Assembly (NCBI GenBank): GCA_964372935.1
Contig: CAYJRF010000003.1
Location: 3,903 to 67,902, forward strand
Direction: 5' to 3'
Source: an uncultured Candidatus Saccharibacteria bacterium
Lineage (GTDB): Bacteria; Patescibacteriota; UBA1384; 2-12-FULL-50-11; DASWYB01
DNA length: 64,000 nt
The translations under genes and the position numbers were made by a program. Below the pieces are notes generated by a model, which did not search any database, was not told the origin of the DNA, and saw only the letters and a list, made by a program, of their open reading frames with translations. The stretch's first letter is position 1. Every line of letters starts with the position of its first letter. Positions 49,056 through 59,407 of this stretch are shown here, piece after piece.

Positions 49056-49967
49056 CTACTCATGCTCGCCGGTAATTTTGCCCCCCAGAGTCCGCAACTC
49101 TTTGAGGGCCAGCTTGGCTTGCTGGGCGTTCGGCGGTTTGCCGTGCCAGCGAAAATCATACTCCATAAAATCCACCCCCTTGCCCGGGATAGTATGGGCC
49201 AGAATCAGGATCGGCTTTTCGACGATGGCCTTGGCTTCTTCGCATGACGCGATGATTTCGCGCATGTTATGGCCGTCAATTTCCAGGACATGCCAACCAA
49301 AGGCTTCGTACTTGGCGCGAAGCGGTTCCAGCGCCATGACGGATTCTGTCGGCCCGTCAATCTGAATGTTATTACGATCCATAATCGCCGTCAGATTGGT
49401 GGGGCGATAGTGACCGGCAAACATCATCGCCTCCATGGTCTGGCCCTCTTGCTGCTCGCCGTCGGACATAATGCAATAAATGCGATGGCGCGCTTGGTCC
49501 ATTTTCGCCGCTAAGGCCATGCCGAGCGCTTGTGACAGTCCTTGGCCGAGCGGACCGGAGCTATTTTCCACCCCGGGGACGGCAAGACGATGGGGATGGC
49601 CTTGCAAACGCGTGCCCAGCTGTCGCAGGGTAGTTAATTCGGCAACGGGAAAATAACCGGCGTAGGCGAGAGTGGCGTAAAACACTGGCGCGAGATGACC
49701 GCACGACAACACCAAACGATCGCGCTCGGGCCAATGAGGCTCATGGGGGCGGTGACGAAGGACGGCAAAATAGAGGGCGGTAAAAATGTCGGCCATGCCA
49801 AGCGGGCCAGCCGAGTGGCCGGAGCCGGCGACCACGAGCATTTTGATTATCGTCTGGCGAACTTGAGCCGCCCGCGACTCAAGCTGTTTTACTGTCATAA
49901 GCGCCTCCGATGGGATCGCTAAGAGCCTCAAAACGTCGGTACGCCGCCGCGGGATCGGCCGCGCCAA
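49056..49967 (-). CDS. tktA: transketolase, N-terminal (thiamine-diphosphate-binding) subunit
   Basis: 303 aa ORF; likely real start at the Met at 49898 (MTVKQLE...); motifs GSGHSAGPLGMADI and SDGEQQEG. Confidence 0.85.
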   Translation of the reverse strand: MARPIPRRRTDVLRLLAIPSEALMTVKQLESRAAQVRQTIIKMLVVAGSGHSAGPLGMADIFTALYFAVLRHRPHEPHWPERDRLVLSCGHLAPVFYATLAYAGYFPVAELTTLRQLGTRLQGHPHRLAVPGVENSSGPLGQGLSQALGMALAAKMDQARHRIYCIMSDGEQQEGQTMEAMMFAGHYRPTNLTAIMDRNNIQIDGPTESVMALEPLRAKYEAFGWHVLEIDGHNMREIIASCEEAKAIVEKPILILAHTIPGKGVDFMEYDFRWHGKPPNAQQAKLALKELRTLGGKITGEHE

Positions 49968-50532
49968 AAATGGCGCTGCCCATCACGAGCGAATCGGCGC
50001 CACAGGCCAGAAGCTGGCGAAGATTGTCGCCGGCCACGCCTCCGTCAACCGTTACGGGAATGTCGGGGTAAGTGTCTTTGAGACGATCAAGGCGTTCGAA
50101 GGTGTCGGGCAAGAGCGCCTGACCCGATACGCCCGGGACCACGCCCATCAGCAACACGCCGGTAACGTCTTCGGGTAAAACAAGGTCGGTCAAGTCAGAG
50201 CTCGGGTCAATCGCCAACCAAGTGTTGATTCCTCGGTTAATAAGGGTGTCGTAAGCGTCTTGCCAATCAGGCAGTTCCAGATGAAGACACAGCCGATCGA
50301 CCGACAAACCGGAATCGAGAATCGCCAATGGGTCGTCGGACATGCAGTGAAATTCCAGCTTAAGACGGCCAAAATTCAGCTTACTCAATTCCTCGATCGC
50401 CAAAGAAGAAAACTTGTAGAGGCTGTTGTCGAGAATATCGATGTGAAGCCAACCGCCCATATGTTTCACGCGCTCAATCCGCTCGGCGGCCACGGTGGGA
50501 TTCGTCGTCAATAGGGCCGGAATAATCATCAT
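49879..50532 (-). CDS. rpe: ribulose-phosphate 3-epimerase
   Basis: 217 aa; LHIDILD / MGVVPGVSGQ signatures. Confidence 0.82.
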   Translation of the reverse strand: MMIIPALLTTNPTVAAERIERVKHMGGWLHIDILDNSLYKFSSLAIEELSKLNFGRLKLEFHCMSDDPLAILDSGLSVDRLCLHLELPDWQDAYDTLINRGINTWLAIDPSSDLTDLVLPEDVTGVLLMGVVPGVSGQALLPDTFERLDRLKDTYPDIPVTVDGGVAGDNLRQLLACGADSLVMGSAIFGAADPAAAYRRFEALSDPIGGAYDSKTA

Positions 50533-51143
50533 CGCCGCCGTTTTCCGACGATCACTTTACATGCCACCTTGCCGCGGTCGCGAACACACGATTCGTTCTC
50601 AACCATGGCAATGACTTTGGAGACAAGATTTCGGGGATCGGGATCGAACACCACTTTGCCGCGACCGCGGTTGGCGACCCCCAAAATGTGTTCAATCTCG
50701 TCCGCCATGCCGCCGGTTTCGGTCAAAATGCCGATGGGCTTGTGATCTTCAAAGGCAATCGTAAACTCATTGAGCGTGCCAATACGGCCGCACACAAACA
50801 CCAGGGCGTCGCAGGTTCGAACGAACAACAGATTGCGACCCGAATACTGAAAACCGGTGTAGATCACCAGATCCATGTCGTCATCGGGGAGGCGGTACTT
50901 TCTAATGTGTTCCTCGCGACTGGCCGCCGGAGAAATACCGGCGGTCATGCCGCCGGCCGATTTGGCGCCATGAGCCGCGCTTTGAGGCACGCCCTTGGTG
51001 TCGCCGGTAACACAAACCGCGCCAGCCAAGGCGATTTGGCGGCCAATTTCCCGCGCTTTGGCGTAGGCGCCGGGAGTGCAATTATTGACGGCTGACCCGG
51101 ACACGCCAACCTTGTAACGGTATCGGCTCTCGCTTTGCCCCAA
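50529..51143 (-). CDS. LOG/TIGR00725-family Rossmann-fold nucleotide-binding protein
   Basis: 204 aa; VGVSGSA...GAVCVTGDTKG...PGGIGTLNE-like motifs. Confidence 0.65.
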   Translation of the reverse strand: MGQSESRYRYKVGVSGSAVNNCTPGAYAKAREIGRQIALAGAVCVTGDTKGVPQSAAHGAKSAGGMTAGISPAASREEHIRKYRLPDDDMDLVIYTGFQYSGRNLLFVRTCDALVFVCGRIGTLNEFTIAFEDHKPIGILTETGGMADEIEHILGVANRGRGKVVFDPDPRNLVSKVIAMVENESCVRDRGKVACKVIVGKRRR

Positions 51144-51187
51144 TCTTCCTCCTTAGTATCGGCCAGTCGACCCCCGAGTCGTTTTCT

Positions 51188-51628
51188 CTATCCTAGCACA
51201 TCGAGCTTATTAAGGCGACGGGTGTGCCTTGACTCGCCGGCAAACGGCGTGGCCAGCCAAACCCGCACAAAAATTTCGTTCTCGGCAAGAGTGGCGACTT
51301 CTTGGCCAAGACAAAGGATATTGGCGTTATTGTGTCGCCGGCTCCGCTCGGCCATGAACTCGCTCGTCACGAGAGCGGCGCGAATTCCCAAGTAGCGGTT
51401 GGCGGCGATACTCATCCCGATCCCGGTGTCGCACATTAAAATCCCCAGCGCGCGATCGTTCAAAACGCCGCGACAAACTCGTTCGGCATAGTCCGGATAA
51501 TCATCCCCCGCCAGATAGCCGGCCGGGCCACAGTCGACGACATCGCAAGTTTCGGCCAAAATCTGCCCCAGGCGCTCTTTGAGGGCAAAGGCGGCGTGGT
51601 CGGCCCCTAGATAGATACGCTGACGCAT
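51188..51628 (-). CDS. rpiB: ribose-5-phosphate isomerase B
   Basis: ORF open to 51742, but the RpiB core starts at the internal Met (MRQRIYLGADHAAF...); CDTGIGMSIAANR motif. Confidence 0.8.
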   Translation of the reverse strand: MRQRIYLGADHAAFALKERLGQILAETCDVVDCGPAGYLAGDDYPDYAERVCRGVLNDRALGILMCDTGIGMSIAANRYLGIRAALVTSEFMAERSRRHNNANILCLGQEVATLAENEIFVRVWLATPFAGESRHTRRLNKLDVLG

Positions 51629-51663
51629 AGCCACTCCATTATTGACCGCGGGGCGAGAATTTG

Positions 51664-53451
51664 TCAAAAACCGGTTCGTTTGAACAACTTGGCCAGTTCC
51701 TCGGGCGAAATACGGACGTGGCTTGGCCGACCGTGAGGACAAGTAAACTGATTCGAGACGGTCGCGAGATCGCTGATAAGACGCCCTCGCTCGATCGGCC
51801 GGAGGGTGTCGCCGGCCTTGACCGCGGCCTTGCAGGCGAGAGTGGCGTACAAACGATGCTTGACCGATGTCAACTCCGGCTCCAGTCGGTCGGCGGCGTG
51901 TCCCAAGACGGCAAGGATCAGCGCCACCGGATCGGCTTGGCGAACGATTCGCGGAACCTCTAAGAGCGCCGGCGGCGAGCGATCGGTGAATTTGAAACCT
52001 ATGGCGGTTAAACCGTCTTTAAGTTCACCCAACCGCGCGGCTTCCGCCTCGCCCAGTTCCAACACGGCCGGCAGAAGCAAAGTTTGACTGACCGAGTTTT
52101 GTTGGCGATCGGCGGTCCAAAATTGCTCATAGAGCACCCGCTCATGAGCGGCGTGCTGGTCAATGATCACCAGATTATCGTCTTGAATCGTGACTAAATA
52201 GCAGTGGCCAAGAACCAAAGTAGTTGGCGCCTCGGTACTTCCCAATTCGGCGTCGCGCGGAAAAATGGCTGGCGACATTGGGCGTTTCTCGCGGTGATTT
52301 GCCAAGGAGAGCGCGGCGGCCGGCGACGCCGGAGAGAGACGGACGTCGGACGAGATGGCGATATTTTGGGGTATCTCTTCAAAGACGCGGCCGGCGCGAG
52401 CCACAGCGCCCTCGACGGCTTGAAACACAAAACGGAAAACCGCCTGCGGGTTGATAAACCGCACTTCTTCCTTGCGCGGATGGATATTAACGTCAACCAT
52501 TCCCGGATGAAGCGTTAACCGGAGAGCGTAGGCCGGCAACATTCCCCCGGGCAGGTTCGTGCCGAGAGCGTCTTTCACGCTGCGGGCGACGATCCGATCC
52601 CCTACCGGATGACCGTTAACGGCCAGGAATTGGGGCGGTTTACCCGAGTGTCGATGGCTGGCCTCCGGTTTCATCACCACGCCCTCAAGGGTAAGGTGAG
52701 GAACGGCGGCCCGAACATCCACCAGATCGGTCTGGGCGCAATGCCACAGGGCGGCGGCGCGCTCCATGAGGGTGTGAGAACCAAAATTCACCACCGTCCG
52801 CTCGTTATGTGTCACCCGAAAGCCCACCGACGGATGGGCCAGCATTTGTTTCGCGAGAACTTCCATACTGGTCTTCCATTCCGTGGCATCGGATTTGAGA
52901 AATTTTTGGCGCGCCGGCAGGTCGGCGAACAGATCGGCCACTTGAACCCGAGTACCCGAAATCGGCGGATGGGGCTGTGGTTCACCGATAACGCCGCGAC
53001 GAAACCGTACCCGCGTCCCGATTGTCGCTCGGGGCGGGGCAGTCGCTAGCTCGCCCTCGCCAGACACGGCAATCGCCGCCAGGGCTTCGCCCCGAAATCC
53101 GAGGGTGGTTAGGGTGAAAAGATCGTCGAGAGAGGTAATTTTTGACGTGCCGTGGCGCAGGAACGCCCGCACGGCGTCGGCCGGTTCCAGGCCACTGCCA
53201 TTATCGGTCACTTCAATAAAATTTTTTCCCCCTTGGCGGAGGGTAATCGTGATCCGCTTTGCCTTGGCGTCGAGGGAATTCTCAACCAACTCTTTAACCA
53301 CCGAAGCCGGTCGCTCCACGACTTCGCCGGCGGCGATTTTGATCGCCACGTCTTCGGGCAACTGGATAATGGTTCCCACGCTGTCGTTATAGCACGGCCC
53401 CTCGGCTGTGTCATCGATCCGCCACGGTGACGGATCAACGACCGACGACAC
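51664..53451 (-). CDS. mutL: DNA mismatch repair protein MutL
   Basis: 595 aa; GHKL ATPase N-terminus (IAAGEVVERPASVVKELVENSLDA, DNGSGL) and C-terminal dimerisation domain. Confidence 0.9.
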   Translation of the reverse strand: MSSVVDPSPWRIDDTAEGPCYNDSVGTIIQLPEDVAIKIAAGEVVERPASVVKELVENSLDAKAKRITITLRQGGKNFIEVTDNGSGLEPADAVRAFLRHGTSKITSLDDLFTLTTLGFRGEALAAIAVSGEGELATAPPRATIGTRVRFRRGVIGEPQPHPPISGTRVQVADLFADLPARQKFLKSDATEWKTSMEVLAKQMLAHPSVGFRVTHNERTVVNFGSHTLMERAAALWHCAQTDLVDVRAAVPHLTLEGVVMKPEASHRHSGKPPQFLAVNGHPVGDRIVARSVKDALGTNLPGGMLPAYALRLTLHPGMVDVNIHPRKEEVRFINPQAVFRFVFQAVEGAVARAGRVFEEIPQNIAISSDVRLSPASPAAALSLANHREKRPMSPAIFPRDAELGSTEAPTTLVLGHCYLVTIQDDNLVIIDQHAAHERVLYEQFWTADRQQNSVSQTLLLPAVLELGEAEAARLGELKDGLTAIGFKFTDRSPPALLEVPRIVRQADPVALILAVLGHAADRLEPELTSVKHRLYATLACKAAVKAGDTLRPIERGRLISDLATVSNQFTCPHGRPSHVRISPEELAKLFKRTGF

Positions 53452-53548
53452 CCACGGGCAGACGTTAACCCAGACAGATTGACAAAAAGTATCAAAGAGC
53501 CTATACTAGGCGTGTTGGCTGCTCGTCTCACGAAAGGGGGAGGGTGTT

Positions 53549-54268
53549 ATGGATGAAATTGAGCCGACCTTGGTGTGGGGGCTGGCTCTTAACGCCGCCG
53601 ATTTGGCCTATCTCCTAGGCCATACCGGGGTGTGTCAGGTGAGGATCTCAATCAGCGATGAGGCGAAGAGGCGCGGCGTCGTTGGGCAACAACGCCTCAC
53701 CGTATGCGGTGCGGGGAACGGAAACGACGAACCGAGAGAGGCCTGGATAGAAGGATGGATTGAAGTCCCGGGAGGTCGGGTATGCGTCCACGTCGCCGGC
53801 TGGGATCCCCGCACCGGAGAGGGTCGGGTCGTGTTTCCGCCCGGCGACATCTTCGACGCCCATGAGGTGGCCCAGGCCGAGCAACGGGAGAAAGCTAAAG
53901 CTACCGGCTCGCCGTCGGAGGGTGCCCGAGCTACCGCGATAACGGACGAACTAGACTTATCCAACAGAGAAGTGGCGAACATCCGGCGCCTGGTGTTTCC
54001 AGGGCCGAGCCGCATTCTCATGGAACTGTCTGGTGTTCTTGCCCCGGGGAACCGAGAGGATAGGGACTTTTTCGCGGTCACGGAGTACGGCTACACTGGG
54101 TTGAACTACGGCACCGACTACGTCGGTGGTTGTCTCTATCGCGGACCCCACCCCGGACAGACGCCGTTGAGAATCGTTATCCTGTCACCGACAGGGATTC
54201 CAGAGATCTGGGGGACAGAAACGTATCACGAACTCCTGCCGTTCTATTATGGCTGGCCGTGGAAGTAA
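53549..54268 (+). CDS. hypothetical protein (239 aa)
   Basis: GC-rich ORF with SD-like gggggagggtg before the ATG; no recognisable motif; sits between mutL and mutS on the opposite strand. Confidence 0.4.
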   Translation: MDEIEPTLVWGLALNAADLAYLLGHTGVCQVRISISDEAKRRGVVGQQRLTVCGAGNGNDEPREAWIEGWIEVPGGRVCVHVAGWDPRTGEGRVVFPPGDIFDAHEVAQAEQREKAKATGSPSEGARATAITDELDLSNREVANIRRLVFPGPSRILMELSGVLAPGNREDRDFFAVTEYGYTGLNYGTDYVGGCLYRGPHPGQTPLRIVILSPTGIPEIWGTETYHELLPFYYGWPWK

Positions 54269-54352
54269 CGCCGTCACCAGCCGCCGCGCCCGCTCCCGCT
54301 TTCGCCCCGCGGGAGCGGTTTTTTTATAGCTCGGTCCGGAGCGATGGCGACA

Positions 54353-56956
54353 CTACGGCGCGTTGGGGGGCAATTGTCCCTTGAGTTTAGCGAGAGCCGT
54401 CAGGGCTTCCAGCGGGGTAAGGCGATCAAGGTCGAGAGAGCGGAGGGTTGATTCTATTGCTCCCTCATGGGTCATGGCCGGTAAGGCCAGCTGATCGCGT
54501 TGGGCCGCGGGGGATTGTCGCGGCGGCGGCGCCCCCGCCGCCACTTGCTTGGCGCGGACGATAACTGATGAGGGCAAGCCGGCCTTCTCGGCCACCACCA
54601 GACCAAAACTGTCGTCGGTCGGGCCGTCCACCACTTTGCGCAAAAAAATGAGGTCGTTGGCGTCCATCACCGATGCCAGATGACTGTTAAAAACTCTTGG
54701 TTGGCTCGAAGCGAGATTTTTTAGATTATGAAAGTGGGTGGCGAATAACACCAAGCCGCCGGTTTTGGCCAGGCTTTCGGCGATCGCCCAAGCTAAGGCG
54801 TAACCGTCTTCCGGACTGGTGCCGCGACCGACTTCGTCGAGCAAAGTGAGACTGCGAGCCGTGGCGTTGTGGAGAATGCGGGCGGTTTCGAGCATTTCCA
54901 CCATGAACGTGGACTGACCGGCGCGCAAGTTATCGTGGGCGCCGATGCGGGTAAAAATGCGATCAGTCAGGCCGATAGTGGCGGACTCGGCCGGCACAAA
55001 CGAACCGATATGGGCCAGAATGACAATTAGGGCCACCTGCCGAATGTAGGTGGATTTGCCGGCCATGTTCGGACCGGTAATAAGCTGAAGCGATTGTTGG
55101 GGGTTAAGATTGGTGTCGTTGGCGACAAAAGCTTCGGCGTTCGCCCCTTCGATCACGGGGTGCCGGCCGCCTCGAATCGCGAGACCAATTTCGTTGCTCA
55201 CCGTTGGCCGAACATAACGATTTTCGTGGGCCACGCGGGCCAAGGACATCAGAATGTCCAGGGTGGCGATAGCCTGTCCGACATCGGCGATAGCGGCGGA
55301 AAAGGCGACGGCGGCTTTAACCTCGTCGAAAAAAAGTTGACGTTCCCAGGCGATCATCGCCTCCATTGCCTGCGTTGCCTGGCGCTCATAATCGGCCAGG
55401 GCGGGACAAATGTAGCGTTCGGCATGGACAAGGGTTTGTCGCGGGACGTAGTCGGGCGGCACCTGACTTTTATACGGTTTCGTCACTTCGACGGCGTAGC
55501 CAAAGGCGCGGCTGAAGACGACGCGCAGCTTGGGAATGCCGGTGCGCCGCCGTTCTTGGGCTTCAAAATCGCCCAGCCAAGCTCGATTACCGGAGGTAAG
55601 ACGGCGCAGGCGGCTAAGCTCGGGGTCGACACCGTCGTGAAAAATATATCCCTCGTCGGCCGTGGTCTTGGCCTCCTCTATCAGTTTGGCGCGCGTCGCC
55701 GTTACCCAGTCTCGCAGAGGCAAGGCGAGAGGAGACGCGCTGTCGCGCAGGCGAGAGCTCTTACTTTCGATCAATTGAGGCACGATGGCGCTATGCCAGT
55801 GCCACAAGGTGTCGGTTAAACGTCGCAGGTCGCGCGGCGCCCCCAAGCCCACGGCCAACCGCCCGACAAGGCGCTCAACGTCTCCGAGTTGACCCATGGC
55901 GGCGTGAACACCTTGGACGCGGCCGGCGCGGCTGACTAATTCGCCGATGGCGTCCTGACGAGTGATAATTTCCGCTCGGTCCGTCACTGGCTGAAGCAGC
56001 CACGTGGCCAATCGGCGTTGACCGGCGGCCGTGACCGTACGGTTGATAACCCCGAAAAGACTGCCGTCCATTTCGCCTTCACTGGTACGCAACAGTTCCA
56101 AATGACGCACGGTCGCGGCATTTAGGACAACGTGACCTTGAAGATGGAACTCCCGCAATTGGGTCATATGAGCCAATCGCCCCTTCTGGGTATAATGCAG
56201 GTAGCCAAGGAGGGCGGCGGCGGCGTGGACGGCGGCCGGCTTATCGCCCAGACCGAAGGCGTCGAGGCTGGCCACCCGAAAGTGGCGGCGAAGCATTTTG
56301 GTCGCTTCGTCGCTCGAGACAACCCAATTGTGAGCGCAGGTAATATTGACCGATTTTTCTTGTCGCAGAAGCGCCATAAGACGGCGATCGTCATACGTTT
56401 CCCGCGACACGACAATTTCTCGCGGGGCAAAGTGACTCAAAATCAGCGGCACGCTGTCCTCTGGCCGGCCGCCAAAAGCGAAAGCAAAAAACTGGCCGGT
56501 CGAGAGATCCGCCGCCGCCCCGCCGACGACGGCCGACCGAAAGACAAAACTAACGCTGTACTGCGACTCGGCTTCCATGAGCGACTCGTCGCGCAAGAGG
56601 GTGCCGGCGGTAACGACCCGAACGACTTCTCGTTCCACCAAGCCCTTGCCGGCTTCTGTCAGCTGTTCACAAATGGCCACCTTGTAGCCAGCCCCAACCA
56701 GACGGGCGACGTAGTTCTCGCTAGCGTGAAACGGCACGCCGCACATGGCGATCTTGCCATCGGCGCCTTTGTTTCGGGCGGTGAGAGTAATGTGAAGCAC
56801 CTCGGCACCAATTTTGGCGTCCTCGCCGAACAGTTCATAAAAATCGCCCAACCGAAAAAAAAGCAAACAGTCCGGGTATTGGGCTTTGATCGTTTCGTAC
56901 TGCCGCAACATGGGCGACGTCGCCATGGGGGCATTATAACACTGCCCCTCGACCAA
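54353..56956 (-). CDS. mutS: DNA mismatch repair protein MutS
   Basis: 867 aa; mismatch-binding N-terminus (GDFYELF) and Walker A GPNMAGKST. Confidence 0.95.
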   Translation of the reverse strand: MVEGQCYNAPMATSPMLRQYETIKAQYPDCLLFFRLGDFYELFGEDAKIGAEVLHITLTARNKGADGKIAMCGVPFHASENYVARLVGAGYKVAICEQLTEAGKGLVEREVVRVVTAGTLLRDESLMEAESQYSVSFVFRSAVVGGAAADLSTGQFFAFAFGGRPEDSVPLILSHFAPREIVVSRETYDDRRLMALLRQEKSVNITCAHNWVVSSDEATKMLRRHFRVASLDAFGLGDKPAAVHAAAALLGYLHYTQKGRLAHMTQLREFHLQGHVVLNAATVRHLELLRTSEGEMDGSLFGVINRTVTAAGQRRLATWLLQPVTDRAEIITRQDAIGELVSRAGRVQGVHAAMGQLGDVERLVGRLAVGLGAPRDLRRLTDTLWHWHSAIVPQLIESKSSRLRDSASPLALPLRDWVTATRAKLIEEAKTTADEGYIFHDGVDPELSRLRRLTSGNRAWLGDFEAQERRRTGIPKLRVVFSRAFGYAVEVTKPYKSQVPPDYVPRQTLVHAERYICPALADYERQATQAMEAMIAWERQLFFDEVKAAVAFSAAIADVGQAIATLDILMSLARVAHENRYVRPTVSNEIGLAIRGGRHPVIEGANAEAFVANDTNLNPQQSLQLITGPNMAGKSTYIRQVALIVILAHIGSFVPAESATIGLTDRIFTRIGAHDNLRAGQSTFMVEMLETARILHNATARSLTLLDEVGRGTSPEDGYALAWAIAESLAKTGGLVLFATHFHNLKNLASSQPRVFNSHLASVMDANDLIFLRKVVDGPTDDSFGLVVAEKAGLPSSVIVRAKQVAAGAPPPRQSPAAQRDQLALPAMTHEGAIESTLRSLDLDRLTPLEALTALAKLKGQLPPNAP

Positions 56957-57022
56957 AAAACCGACCAGCGGCGGGAAAATCGTTCTGGTCTGGCGGATTA
57001 GTTAGCCGGACGGCTTTACAGC

Positions 57023-57475
57023 TTGGCCGAAACTCGTTATAGCGGAAGTATGCTGTCCAAGTCGGCCATGAAAGTTTGCGGCACCTTCCTGTTATTGCTC
57101 GGCTATTTCGGCTACCTATTTCCCCATTGGAAAGGTACGGTCTTTACCAACAATGAAAATCTGTTCCATATTGTCATTGGCCTGACCGTCCTGATTTTTA
57201 GCGGCCTGGGAGTTGAGAAACGTCGGGCCGCGGTGGCGGCGCTGGCGGTCAGTTTCTGGACTTGGGGCGTTTTCGGCTTTTCGCCCGCCCTTCAAGCTCG
57301 CTTTCCGCTAAGTCGGCTCGACTGGCAACTAGACGATGTCGACAATTACCTCCACGTTTTAATCGGTCTAGCCCTGGCGTGGGTTTGGCTGGCCGGCTCG
57401 AGACGCCACGCCAACACTGCGGCGGGGAGCCGGTCGTTCGGTTGGGGATTTTTCCGCCGCGCCAGCCCTAAGTAG
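57023..57475 (+). CDS. hypothetical membrane protein (150 aa, about 4 TM)
   Basis: Hydrophobic profile only. Confidence 0.4.
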   Translation: MAETRYSGSMLSKSAMKVCGTFLLLLGYFGYLFPHWKGTVFTNNENLFHIVIGLTVLIFSGLGVEKRRAAVAALAVSFWTWGVFGFSPALQARFPLSRLDWQLDDVDNYLHVLIGLALAWVWLAGSRRHANTAAGSRSFGWGFFRRASPK

Positions 57476-57492
57476 CTCTTGTTGTTCGGGTT

Positions 57493-58746
57493 TTGTTTGG
57501 TTATGGTAAGGGCGTGCCGAATTTACCCCACCCGCGCGATAACCAGTGGTTATTTCTGGATATGAACGCCTTTTTCGCGTCGTGCGAACAGCATCGGCGG
57601 CCGGAACTGCGCGGTCGGCCGGTAGCCGTTACACCCTCGCCGGTGCCGAGCGGCTGCGTTATTGCCGCCTCGTACGAAGCCAAGCGACGCGGCGTTACCA
57701 CCGGCTGTCGCGTCGGCGAAGCGCGGGCGCGCATCCCCGACATTACTATCGTTGAAGCGGCGCCGCGTTACTACGTTGCCATCCACCGCCAAATCGCCAC
57801 CTTTTTGACCCAAGAAATCACCCCCGCGCCCCAGCCGTGGAGCATTGACGAATTCGCCCTGCCGCTCGACAAAAACGAGCAGTGGACCCCCCGCGCCCAT
57901 CAATTAGCCCGACGGATTAAAGCTCGCCTAGAAACGATATTTAGCCCGTATCTGCGCTGTTCTATCGGCATTGGCCCGAATCAATTTTTGGCCAAACTCG
58001 GCACCGAGATAGACAAACCTAACGGTCTGGTGATTATTCAACTTCACACCTTGGAAGCGGCCTACCGCCGATTGAGCCTGCGCGACATTCCCGGCATCAA
58101 CTGGGGAATGAGCCACCGCCTCCACGGATTGGGCATCGGAACGCCGGTGGATTTTTGGCGCGCGCCACCGGAATTCTTGCGTCACGCTCTTGGCCGCTTG
58201 GGCGACGCTTGGTGGCACAATCTTCACGGCTACGTCGTCGAGCGGACGACCACCGCGCCCAAAAGCTTGAGCCACTCTCATGTTTTGGGGCCGCCGTGGC
58301 GCGCCAAGCAGCCGGCGCGCAGTATTCTGTACAAGCTGTTTTGGAAAATCTTGGAACGATTGCGGGCCGAACGGTTGGCCACGACCCAAATTATTGTCAC
58401 GATCGCCGATTATGCCCAAGGCTGGGAGACAATCGTTCACACCCGACCAACCCAAGGCCAAGCAAGACTTTTTCGGGTCATCGGCGCGCGTTACGACGCC
58501 CAGTACCCAACAGCCGGACGGCCAATCAAAATAACCGTTGTCGCGCGGCCGCTCGGACCGGCCTCGTTTAAGGTTCTGCCGCTCTTTCGCGACGACAATG
58601 CCAAATACGGCGATCTCCTGAACGCGGCCGACAAAGTTAACCAACGCTTCGGTCGCTGGACAATCCAACCCGCCTCGCTCCTCTCGGCCGGACCGGCGGC
58701 GCCCAATCGTATTCCTTTCGGCGCGCCCGGTTCCGAGATGGACTAG
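57493..58746 (+). CDS. dinB: Y-family DNA polymerase (DinB / Pol IV-like)
   Basis: 417 aa; WLFLDMNAFFASCEQ catalytic start, SIGIGPNQFLAKL (SIGIA-like) motif. Confidence 0.82.
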   Translation: MFGYGKGVPNLPHPRDNQWLFLDMNAFFASCEQHRRPELRGRPVAVTPSPVPSGCVIAASYEAKRRGVTTGCRVGEARARIPDITIVEAAPRYYVAIHRQIATFLTQEITPAPQPWSIDEFALPLDKNEQWTPRAHQLARRIKARLETIFSPYLRCSIGIGPNQFLAKLGTEIDKPNGLVIIQLHTLEAAYRRLSLRDIPGINWGMSHRLHGLGIGTPVDFWRAPPEFLRHALGRLGDAWWHNLHGYVVERTTTAPKSLSHSHVLGPPWRAKQPARSILYKLFWKILERLRAERLATTQIIVTIADYAQGWETIVHTRPTQGQARLFRVIGARYDAQYPTAGRPIKITVVARPLGPASFKVLPLFRDDNAKYGDLLNAADKVNQRFGRWTIQPASLLSAGPAAPNRIPFGAPGSEMD

Positions 58747-58951
58747 CGACCATTAGGCAGATAACGATCTCTTCATAACACGCTGCGAGTTCTCTGTTAC
58801 TTCGTATCGTGCGCATATCATTTTAATCACCAGAAGCTATAGCAGGAGCTATGCATTACAAATCCCAGGTGTGACATAAAACGGTAGTGACAGTTATTTG
58901 GTATGCAATGTCAAAATACAGACAGTCATAACTACCAAAATCTCTCCATAA

Positions 58952-59407
58952 ATGGCTAACCAATCCGACCTACGACAACTCTCCCGTGCAAGAGTTAAAA
59001 CGGCAAACACTCTTATCAAGGCTAGCGATTGGGATGCGGCTGCATATATGATGGGGTATGTTCTGGAACTGGCGCTTAAGGCGGCTTCTTGTAAAGCACT
59101 TAAGCTCAAAAATTACCCGGTAAATACACGACTCCAAAAAATCGATGACTGTTTTCAATCTCATAGGTTCGATCAGCTTATTGTCGTTAGTGGATTATCG
59201 GACCTATTTAGCCTCGACGGGCCAGCTGAATCATTTGGAAACTGGTCGTTATTCGTTCAGGAATATCCTGGAAATTGGCCGGAAATACGTTACGACCCCA
59301 ATATAATTATTAGATTTAACGAGAGTAAGGTTCATAGTCTATTCCAGTATCTTTATGACGACGACAACAGTATCATCAAAACGATAGCAGGAAAACGACG
59401 ATGGTAG
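58952..59407 (+). CDS. HEPN-like domain protein (putative RNase/toxin), tentative
   Basis: 151 aa; N-terminal helical pair ...AAAYMMGYVLELALKAASCKAL... and a C-proximal R-x6-H (RFNESKVH), consistent with but not proof of HEPN; AT-rich. Confidence 0.45.
   Translation: MANQSDLRQLSRARVKTANTLIKASDWDAAAYMMGYVLELALKAASCKALKLKNYPVNTRLQKIDDCFQSHRFDQLIVVSGLSDLFSLDGPAESFGNWSLFVQEYPGNWPEIRYDPNIIIRFNESKVHSLFQYLYDDDNSIIKTIAGKRRW

Noticed and set aside
55094-57001. Two long plus-strand ORFs (241 and 289 aa)
   Set aside because: Both antisense inside mutS; no motifs.
57928-58668. 246-aa minus-strand ORF
   Set aside because: Antisense inside dinB.
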